Shown piece by piece: positions 25,259 through 32,000 of a stretch of 32,000 nt of DNA. The stretch comes from Candidatus Thorarchaeota archaeon. Lineage in GTDB: Archaea > Asgardarchaeota > Thorarchaeia > Thorarchaeales > Thorarchaeaceae. The first letter of the stretch is position 1. Each line of letters opens with the position of its first letter. The position numbers were made by a program, and so were the translations under genes. The stretch spans positions 1 to 32,000 of the forward strand of contig PRDJ01000018.1 of the NCBI GenBank assembly GCA_003345555.1, read 5' to 3'. Under the pieces are notes generated by a model that saw only the letters and a list, made by a program, of their open reading frames with translations, did no database searches and was not told where the DNA came from.

Positions 25259-26113
25259 GTGCTTGTTGTAGCGATTCCGGACACATCACTCGCAGATTGC
25301 TCAGACTTGCGTGAAAAGACATTGAAAGCAGGCATCTTCGCACGCGCTCTTGCGGTCTTCAGAGTTGATAGAGTGATTATCTTCAGTTCTCCACAAGTCC
25401 GTGATAGTCAAAAACGGGATGCCGACCTCCTTCCTAGATTGCTAAAGTACATGGATACGCCCCAATATCTACGCAGGAAGCTGTTCCCGCAGACTCCTTG
25501 GCTGAGGTATGCTGGGCTTTTGCCTCCTCTTAGAACGCGCAGTCACCCGCTTAATGCAAAAATCTCTGGTCTTGTCAAGGGTGAGTTGAGATGGGGTGTC
25601 CCTGTGGGTGCTGGCAAGGTGGACATAGGTATTGAGAGGCCTCTCGAGTATCCTGCTCCTTTGGATGAAGGCAAGCCGGCTCTCTTTCGAATCGCAGAGT
25701 TGCAGCCCCATGTCCGGCTTGAGGTTGTTCAACGAAGTGATGCAGACCTGTACTGGGGTTTTGAGGTACAATCCATCGAGGATCTTGTCCAGTATCTGAA
25801 AGACTCCGCACATGCGACACGCATTGCCTTTTCACGGATGGGTGAGCCCTTTGAGACTCTTCAGGCGGAAATCCAGTCCAGTGTCAACAAGACCCGGAAT
25901 GTTATTGCACTATTTGGCGGGCCCTATCAAGGATTGCGCGAGATTTTCGGTGATAGGCTCAAGTCGCTTGAGACGAATACCGAGTTCTGGGTCAACACCA
26001 TTCCCGGCCAAGGCACTGAAACAGTCCGCTTAGAAGAGGCATTGTTTGCTAGCTTGGCCTTGATCAATAGCTGCGTAGGTTCTCTGATATCAAGACCGGG
26101 TTTTCATGTCTGA
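25259..26113 (+). CDS. SPOUT-family RNA methyltransferase (COG2106; C9orf114/SPOUT1-like)
   Basis: VAIPDTSL, ARALAVFRVD, YMDTPQYLRRKLFP, AGLLPPL, FGGP, NTIPGQGTETVRLEEA; conserved position before rpl3. Confidence 0.9.
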   Translation: MLVVAIPDTSLADCSDLREKTLKAGIFARALAVFRVDRVIIFSSPQVRDSQKRDADLLPRLLKYMDTPQYLRRKLFPQTPWLRYAGLLPPLRTRSHPLNAKISGLVKGELRWGVPVGAGKVDIGIERPLEYPAPLDEGKPALFRIAELQPHVRLEVVQRSDADLYWGFEVQSIEDLVQYLKDSAHATRIAFSRMGEPFETLQAEIQSSVNKTRNVIALFGGPYQGLREIFGDRLKSLETNTEFWVNTIPGQGTETVRLEEALFASLALINSCVGSLISRPGFHV

Positions 26114-26255
26114 GTCATCGATAGGAGCATGAAGTGGCGTGCGACCTTCAGCCGTCACAAGGGAAGGTTAAAAAGCGAACCTCAGGAAGGCGCCCGCCTG
26201 TAGTACGAATAGCCCAGTCAAAAGGCCGTTCGGCAAGGGACAAGTGGTGTTCTAG

Positions 26256-27263
26256 ATGGCTCACAGAAAGAAGCATCAGCCTAAGCGTGGCAGCCTTGCA
26301 TACTTGCCACGAGGTCGGGCTTCCAAATTCGTCCCTAGGATTCTGAACTGGCCTGAGTGGAAGAGCTCGGCTGCAAAACTACTTGGTTTCGCTGGTTACA
26401 AGGCTGGCATGACTCATGCAGTGGTCACAATTGACAACGTGAACAGTCCACTGAAAGGACAAGAAACAGTGGTGCCGATCACAGTCATTGATACGCCACC
26501 TGTGCGCCCATTCTCAATAAGAGGCTATGAAGCCTTGCCAACCGGTCTCAGACTAGTCACAGAGGTGCTCGCAGGGAACCTCTCCGAGGACCTTCGGAAA
26601 GTGATGCCTGTTCCCAAGGAGTATGACCAAGCTGCAAAGATGAAGGAGTTCGAGTCAAAGATTGACTCCCTCGCCGAGATCCGGATGTTAATCCACACTC
26701 AGCCAAGGCTTGCAGGAGTACCTAAGAAGAAGCCCGATGTGATGGAATACAAGGTGGGTGCCCCAAGTGTCAGTGAGGCGTTCAAGTATGCCCAGACTAT
26801 CTTGGGAGCCGACTTGCGTATCGCAGATATCATAACCGAAGGTGCGATGGTGGATACAATCGCCGTAACAAAAGGGCACGGAAATCAGGGCCCGGTACGT
26901 CGATGGGGCGTTGGAATACTTCAGCACAAATCAAGGAAGACGAAGCGTGGAGTAGGAACTCTTGGTCCTTGGAACCCTAGCAGCATCCGATACACAGTTC
27001 CCCGAGCTGGGCAGACAGGCTTTCATTCGCGTACCAGCTTCAATAATCCTGTAATCAAAGTTGGTGAGCGTGGTGAGGAAATCACGCCCTCAGGCGGATT
27101 CGTGAACTATGGGGTCATTCGCGGCGATTATGTCATGCTAATGGGACATGTGCCTGGGACAATCAAGAGACCCATTCGACTGAGGTTCGCTATCCGTCCT
27201 CGAAGGAACTACACTGGAGCACCGATACGGCCCAGCTACATCAGCACATCATCAAAGCAGTAG
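26256..27263 (+). CDS. rpl3: 50S ribosomal protein L3 (uL3)
   Basis: PKRGSLAYLPR, GYKAGMTH, TKGHG.QGPVRRWG, RAGQTGFHSRT. Confidence 0.97.
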   Translation: MAHRKKHQPKRGSLAYLPRGRASKFVPRILNWPEWKSSAAKLLGFAGYKAGMTHAVVTIDNVNSPLKGQETVVPITVIDTPPVRPFSIRGYEALPTGLRLVTEVLAGNLSEDLRKVMPVPKEYDQAAKMKEFESKIDSLAEIRMLIHTQPRLAGVPKKKPDVMEYKVGAPSVSEAFKYAQTILGADLRIADIITEGAMVDTIAVTKGHGNQGPVRRWGVGILQHKSRKTKRGVGTLGPWNPSSIRYTVPRAGQTGFHSRTSFNNPVIKVGERGEEITPSGGFVNYGVIRGDYVMLMGHVPGTIKRPIRLRFAIRPRRNYTGAPIRPSYISTSSKQ

Positions 27264-27279
27264 ACGGAGGGCGTTAACT

Positions 27280-28068
27280 GTGACAAGTGTCAAGACTTAT
27301 TCATTGAAGGGAAAGGCAGGAGCTCCGATCGAATTGCCAGCGCAATTCGCAACTCCATATCGCCCTGATATAATCAAGAGGGCCGTACTAGCCTTACAGT
27401 CGCTCAGATACCAACCGCACGGGGTGGATGAGTTGGCTGGCAAGCGGACGAGCGCTCAGAGCTGGCAGACTGGCCGCGGTAAGGCCAGAATCCCCAGAGT
27501 GAAGGGTGCTGGTAGCCGTGCATCAAGCCAAGGTGCGTTTGCTCCCGGAACTGTGGGTGGTCGCCAAGCTCACCCGCCTGAGACCCGAAAGGTTACTGTA
27601 GAGAGAATCAACATCAGGGAGCGCAGGCTTGCGATTCGTTCAGCAATTGCAGCAACTGCCGACAGTTCGCTGGTGAAGGCTCGCGGACATAGGATTGAAT
27701 CTGTACCACAGCTTCCTCTTGTTGTCAGTGACGAACTAGAGTCACTCAATACGACCAAAGACGTGGAGACGGCGGTGTCTGCCCTCGGTCTTGCAGATGA
27801 TCTGAAGCGTGCGTCGGATGGTCGTTCTGTGAGAGCTGGCAAGGGAAAGATGCGAGGTCGTAAGATGAAGACACCAAAGTCTTTCCTTATTGTCGTCAGT
27901 TCTGACAAGGGTATACGAAAGGCTGCACGTAACCTCCCTGGCGTAGATACAATCGAGGTTCATGGCTTGAATGCAGAACAACTGGCTCCCGGGACTCATG
28001 CTGGCCGTCTTGTAGTTTGGACCCAAGCGGCAATCTCCGAGTTGGAGAAAGGGAACCTGTTCATGTGA
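27280..28068 (+). CDS. rpl4: 50S ribosomal protein L4 (uL4)
   Basis: RPDIIKRAV, SW.TGRGKARIPRV, GGRQAHPP, RAGKGKMRGR, LAPGTHAGRL. Confidence 0.97.
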   Translation: MTSVKTYSLKGKAGAPIELPAQFATPYRPDIIKRAVLALQSLRYQPHGVDELAGKRTSAQSWQTGRGKARIPRVKGAGSRASSQGAFAPGTVGGRQAHPPETRKVTVERINIRERRLAIRSAIAATADSSLVKARGHRIESVPQLPLVVSDELESLNTTKDVETAVSALGLADDLKRASDGRSVRAGKGKMRGRKMKTPKSFLIVVSSDKGIRKAARNLPGVDTIEVHGLNAEQLAPGTHAGRLVVWTQAAISELEKGNLFM

Positions 28069-28080
28069 GGTGGCCGAACG

Positions 28081-28344
28081 ATGATAGATCCAAATGAAAT
28101 CATTATCCGACCTGTCGTGACAGAAGCCAGCCTGGGCGCGGTGGACAGTCAGAACAAGCTGGTGTTCTATGTCGCTCGTTCCGCCAACAAGAATACGATC
28201 AAGTGGGCTGTGGAAACTCTTTACGATGTTGTCGTGGAGAAGGTGAACACGCTCATAATGCCCGACGGAAGGAAGAAGGCGATTCTACGTCTTTCGCCTG
28301 AGTACAGCGCCGCCGATGTTGCAACAAAGCTCGGGATATTCTAA
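28081..28344 (+). CDS. rpl23: 50S ribosomal protein L23 (uL23)
   Basis: IIRPVVTE, NKLVFYV, VEKVNTLI, GRKKA, A.DVATKLGIF. Confidence 0.96.
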   Translation: MIDPNEIIIRPVVTEASLGAVDSQNKLVFYVARSANKNTIKWAVETLYDVVVEKVNTLIMPDGRKKAILRLSPEYSAADVATKLGIF

Positions 28345-28356
28345 GGAGGTGCCTGA

Positions 28357-29076
28357 ATGGGAAAACGCATTCTAGTTCAGCGAAAAGGCAGAGGCGCACA
28401 ACAGTTCACCTCACCTAGCCAGAAGAAGATATCTCCTGCGAGACACCCGAAGTGGGCCCCGGGCAAGACGTACATCGGTGTCATAACTGACCTTCATCAT
28501 GAAGCAGGTAGAGGCGCGCCTCTCGCAAAGGTGCGATTCAATGGCGAGTCTCAGCCTCTCTTCATGGTTGCTCCTGAAGGAGCGTACGTAGGCCAAGAGG
28601 TCGAGTGCGGCGATGACGCAGCTCTTGCAAATGGCAATACGTTGATGCTTGAACACATACCGGAAGGGATGCCCATCTACAACATCGAGGCAAGCCCCGG
28701 CGACGGAGGGAAGTTCGTAAGAGCATCCGGGCTTACAGCGAGCATAATCTCTTCCGACAAGACGCGGACCATAGTTAAGCTGCCGAGCGGGGCACAGAAG
28801 ACTTTCAGTCCTCGCTGCAGAGCTACGATAGGGATAGTAGGAGGAGGTGGGCGACTCGAGAAACCGCTCCTCAAGGCAGGTGCCGCATTTCATCTCGCTA
28901 GCGGAAAGGCACGCAAGTGGCCGACTGTCAGAGGAGATGCAATGAACCCAGTCGCTCATCCTCACGGCGGTGGTTCACACCAGTCACCAAGTCATCCTAC
29001 GACCGTAAGCAGAAACGCACCGCCCGGTGCAAAGGTCGGTCATATCGCTGCACGTAGGACCGGTCGCAAGAGATAG
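28357..29076 (+). CDS. rpl2: 50S ribosomal protein L2 (uL2)
   Basis: MGKRILVQRKG, GRGAPLA, PGDGGKFVRASG, AMNPVAHPHGGG, KVGHIAARRTG. Confidence 0.97.
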   Translation: MGKRILVQRKGRGAQQFTSPSQKKISPARHPKWAPGKTYIGVITDLHHEAGRGAPLAKVRFNGESQPLFMVAPEGAYVGQEVECGDDAALANGNTLMLEHIPEGMPIYNIEASPGDGGKFVRASGLTASIISSDKTRTIVKLPSGAQKTFSPRCRATIGIVGGGGRLEKPLLKAGAAFHLASGKARKWPTVRGDAMNPVAHPHGGGSHQSPSHPTTVSRNAPPGAKVGHIAARRTGRKR

Positions 29077-29205
29077 AGACTGACTGCAACGATGAAGAGA
29101 ACTAGTTCTCTTCATCTGCTTCTTTTACGCAATATCTACAAAATCGGAGACCAGTATTACACGAGTACATATCTTTCTAGTAGGTTGCGTCTTCGAGGAC
29201 TAGGA

Positions 29206-29391
29206 ATGCGTCTCATTGCAGTGCATTTGCCAGAGAAACTGGTGGATGACATACAACGTCTGGTTGACAATGGTCTCTACCCGAACCGGTCGGAAACGAT
29301 TCGAATAGCCATCAGAGACCTGCTCAAAAGAGAACTCTGGGTGCATGGCAATGAACTGCGCGAGCAGCCGGGCGAGGCTTCCGTACAATGA
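29206..29391 (+). CDS. cdrS: Ribbon-helix-helix (CopG/Arc/MetJ) regulator, CdrS-like
   Basis: MRLIAVHLPEKLVDDIQRLVDNGLYPNRSETIRIAIRDLL resembles the CdrS G.xPNRSE.IR.A.R motif; stop overlaps the ftsZ start; ATG 29206 preferred to 29092. Confidence 0.82.
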   Translation: MRLIAVHLPEKLVDDIQRLVDNGLYPNRSETIRIAIRDLLKRELWVHGNELREQPGEASVQ

Positions 29392-30659
29392 AGTCACTGG
29401 TCGACGATGCAAGGGAACACATCCGTGGGGAACTGAGCATGTCCACAGGCCGTGATATGGGCCAAGCTAGGATTGTTGTTGTGGGCTGTGGCGGAGCAGG
29501 CAACAACACCGTCAAACGGCTCATGACCATTGGGGTGCAAGGCGCTGAGTGCATTGCCATAAACACCGACCGACAACACTTGGCTGTCACGACCGCTCAT
29601 CGCAAGCTGCTGATCGGCGAAAGAATCACACGAGGACTTGGCGCTGGCGGTAATCCACATGTGGGTCAAGCTGCGGCTGAGGACTCTATCCAGCAGATTA
29701 CGGATCTGCTTCGGGACGCAGATTTGGTTTTCATCACAGCAGGCATGGGCGGGGGCACGGGTACCGGGAGCGCACCCGTTGTCGCTGAGATTGCTAAGAA
29801 AAACGATGCCATAGTTGTAGGCGTCGTGACAATGCCCTTTGAACTGGAACGAACACGTATTGACAAGGCAAAGGTTGGGCTAGCCCGCCTGCAGGAAAAT
29901 GCTGACACAGTTGTCGTGATCGACAATCAGAAACTTATGGAACTCGTACCCGACTTGCCTCTTGAGGAGGCCTTTGGGGTTGCAGATGAGGTACTTGCAG
30001 GCATGGTGAAAGGCATCACAGAGACCATAACCATGCCCAGCCTAATCAACTTGGACTATGCAGACGTGCGGTCAATAATCTGCAATGGCGGAGTTGCTCT
30101 TGTTGGCTTAGGTGAAGCGACTGGTCAGAATCGCGCCGAGACCGCCATTCAGAATGCACTGAACAGCCCGTTGCTGGAAGTCGACTGGAATGGAGCCACG
30201 GGTGCGCTGATTCACATCACAGGGGGCCCGGATATGTCTCTGGCTGAGGCGAACAATGCTGGAGAGATGATCTCTCGAAAGATGAGTGGAGACGCCAATG
30301 TGATTTGGGGCGCTCGTGTTGACCCTCGGCTGACAGGAATGCTGCGCGTGATGCTGATACTCACTGGTGTCAAGAGTCCGCAGTTGCTTCCTCGTTCTAA
30401 AGAGGAAAAGCCGGTTGTCCCCGGCCGAAGAAAGCTTGTAGACCTAGGCGTACTTCCATCTCAAGCTGGTTCAATAGACCCGCGAAAAATCAAGGACGAG
30501 TTCAGGGCGCTCGGAAAGATTCCTGCATACCCGCGCCAAGGTTCATGGGAAGATCGTCTCAAACCAATTGACAGACTGCAGCACGACCACAGGTCGGAAC
30601 GAGACTCCGCCGAGACAAAGAAGAATCTAGATGAACTCGGCCTGCGAAGACTCCTGTGA
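29388..30659 (+). CDS. ftsZ: Cell division GTPase FtsZ, probably FtsZ2 clade
   Basis: GCGGAGNN, INTD, GLGAGGNP, tubulin signature GMGGGTGTG, PFELER, T7 loop NLDYADV; C-terminal ELGLRRLL resembles the archaeal SepF-binding tail. Confidence 0.96.
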   Translation: MKSLVDDAREHIRGELSMSTGRDMGQARIVVVGCGGAGNNTVKRLMTIGVQGAECIAINTDRQHLAVTTAHRKLLIGERITRGLGAGGNPHVGQAAAEDSIQQITDLLRDADLVFITAGMGGGTGTGSAPVVAEIAKKNDAIVVGVVTMPFELERTRIDKAKVGLARLQENADTVVVIDNQKLMELVPDLPLEEAFGVADEVLAGMVKGITETITMPSLINLDYADVRSIICNGGVALVGLGEATGQNRAETAIQNALNSPLLEVDWNGATGALIHITGGPDMSLAEANNAGEMISRKMSGDANVIWGARVDPRLTGMLRVMLILTGVKSPQLLPRSKEEKPVVPGRRKLVDLGVLPSQAGSIDPRKIKDEFRALGKIPAYPRQGSWEDRLKPIDRLQHDHRSERDSAETKKNLDELGLRRLL

Positions 30660-30774
30660 ACGGTGTCCATTAGCGCAATACATAGTTCTTTTCAGGTGTC
30701 AGAAGCCACATCGTTTCACATTGTCGCGCCTATGCCCCACTAGAGCTACGAGAATGTCAGTCTCGGACTTACTG

Positions 30775-31230
30775 TCACTCCGTCTTGCTTGTCTTGCTCT
30801 CGAGACCGTGCTCTGTCATCCAGTCTTTGGCTATTGCAGCAACACGTTCGTAGAGTGGACCTGAACCATCCACGCCTTCAGGTGTAATGCGTATCTTGTT
30901 CATGACAACAATTACTTGGGTATCTGGAAAGTAGCGAACTCCTCCCGGTGGGAAGCTCGTCTCAAGCTTCTTAGCAAGTCCCTCCAGACTGATTTCCTTC
31001 TCAGCAACAGAAATCGACACAATGCTGCCGCCGTAAATGAAAACCTTGGGTATCCTTTGCTCCTCGCCCTGGACGGCCACGTCCGATAGGACTATGCTTA
31101 GAGTCGTCTGGTCGAATCCTTTCAGAGTGCCAGAATATGTCTTCCCTGCGGTCGTAGTCACATTAATAGTCGAGCCAACCACTGAGGCGATCTCACGGTT
31201 GAAGGCTCTCATTGCTGTGGCATCTGACAT
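30775..31230 (-). CDS. SmAP3-type Lsm protein (Sm fold plus Lsm_C extension)
   Basis: N-terminal Sm fold (GKTYSGTLKGFD...SIVLSD...VFIYGGSIVSI) plus C-terminal domain (FPPGGVRY...VIVVMNKIRIT..GVDGSGPLYERV); SD-like GGTGA upstream. Confidence 0.85.
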   Translation of the reverse strand: MSDATAMRAFNREIASVVGSTINVTTTAGKTYSGTLKGFDQTTLSIVLSDVAVQGEEQRIPKVFIYGGSIVSISVAEKEISLEGLAKKLETSFPPGGVRYFPDTQVIVVMNKIRITPEGVDGSGPLYERVAAIAKDWMTEHGLESKTSKTE

Positions 31231-31278
31231 CTTTAATCACCATTCAAGAACGTAATACTAGAACGAGCCTTCCCCACT

Positions 31279-31450
31279 CTGTTGTCTTAAAAGTGATGCC
31301 GTTGCCCGAAACTTACCCGCCTAGGACAACTTCCCAGACCGTGTTCGGTTCCTGCTTCATCGTGGAGCACCTGCCTTTGTGGCATGCCCCTCCCCACTCT
31401 TACAGGCGTTTTGAGTCTCCGCCCAACTGGCGGCGACTGAAGCCAGATTC
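31279..31450 (-). ncRNA. Predicted TnpB omega/reRNA (scaffold plus about 20-nt guide)
   Basis: Overlaps the tnpB 3' end; contains GAAGCAGGAACCGAAC and GGGTAAGTTTCGGGCAACGG, which I recall at IS607/IS605-type right ends; boundaries inferred. Confidence 0.5.
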
Positions 31451-32000
31451 ATGGCCGCATTAAGGTCGCGGTCCGCCTCGAAACCGCAATTCACGCACTT
31501 GTACATTCTCTCAGAGAGCGACATTTCATCCTTGACGGATCCACAGCTGGAGCATCGTCTCGTGGACGGGAAGAACGAGTCTGCCTCCACGACTGCACCC
31601 CCGTTCCACTTGGCCTTGTATTTCAGCTGCCGGAGAAACTCCCCCAAGCTCGCATCGGCGAGATGCTTTGCCAGATGATGATTCCTAAGGAGTCCGGTCA
31701 CGTTCAGGCTCTCAACACCGATGACTGACTTGGTTCTCGCCAGCATCGTTGTTGCCTTATGGATAGCATCCTTGCGGATGTTGGAAACCTTCAGCTCGTA
31801 CCGGGCCAGTCGTATCACCGTACGGGCCCGGTTGTTGCTTCCTCTCGCCTTCCTCGCAAGAGACCTTTGGATTCGCTTCTTCCTACGTTCAAAACGTGAA
31901 AGAGGTTTTTGATTCGCAATTACGGTTCCGTCACTGATTGTGGCCAGTTTCGAAATGCCAACGTCAACTCCGGCCGTGGGTCCAGTGTTGTTCTGGGCCT
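31299..32000 (-). mobile_element. IS200/IS605- or IS607-like TnpB element, right part
   Basis: tnpB gene plus inferred right end ...GGGCAACGG at 31299; left end and any tnpA lie outside the window. Confidence 0.75.
31357..31998 (-). CDS. tnpB: RNA-guided endonuclease TnpB, C-terminal part, truncated by the window edge
   Basis: Frame is open from the edge (AQNNTGPTAGVDVGISKLATISDG); RuvC-I D (GVDVG), RuvC-II E (IGVESL), CSSC/CVNC zinc finger, RuvC-III D (DRDLNAAMNL). Confidence 0.94.
   Translation of the reverse strand, partial: AQNNTGPTAGVDVGISKLATISDGTVIANQKPLSRFERRKKRIQRSLARKARGSNNRARTVIRLARYELKVSNIRKDAIHKATTMLARTKSVIGVESLNVTGLLRNHHLAKHLADASLGEFLRQLKYKAKWNGGAVVEADSFFPSTRRCSSCGSVKDEMSLSERMYKCVNCGFEADRDLNAAMNLASVAASWAETQNACKSGEGHATKAGAPR

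Noticed and set aside
29092-29205. 38-aa extension of the RHH ORF
   Set aside because: RHH proteins start at the beta-strand (MRLIAV); this stretch looks like promoter or spacer sequence
159-31912. Numerous antisense or overlapping ORFs in the track (e.g. 159..524, 1096..1569, 14715..15395, 18324..18848)
   Set aside because: They are shadows of well-supported genes on the other strand or frame and contain no recognisable motifs
1-32000. CRISPR array
   Set aside because: No regularly spaced 24-40 nt direct repeats seen

Overview
Archaeal core-genome window of about 52% GC by eye. The co-occurrence of eS30, SmAP3 and FtsZ points to an Asgard (Thorarchaeia-like) or Bathyarchaeia-type lineage; this is inference, not a computed placement. 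Most of the window is information-processing genes: rps24e(partial)-spt4-rpo7-PIN-aIF2gamma-rps6e, an M50 protease with a TtuA/nucleotidyltransferase/radical SAM cluster, dnaG with a Lon-like AAA+ ATPase and pelota, two tandem type II methionine aminopeptidases, DUF1512, rnhB, nop5-fibrillarin, pyrD/pyrK, eS30, elp3, archease, SPOUT-uL3-uL4-uL23-uL2, cdrS-ftsZ, SmAP3, and a truncated TnpB element at the right edge. RNA genes read directly from the sequence are a stand-alone 5S rRNA, a tRNA-Trp(CCA) with two introns (37/38 and T-loop 59/60) and a tRNA-Ser(TGA) with a T-loop intron. The best leads are these non-canonical tRNA introns, a soluble protease-less zinc-ribbon Lon-type AAA+ gene directly upstream of pelota, a ~650-nt hairpin-rich non-coding block between dnaG and map, an apparently circularly permuted HybD/GPR-like peptidase domain in DUF1512, and a TnpB element whose predicted guide is the SmAP3 promoter. 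All family assignments come from motif recognition; no database searches were run.
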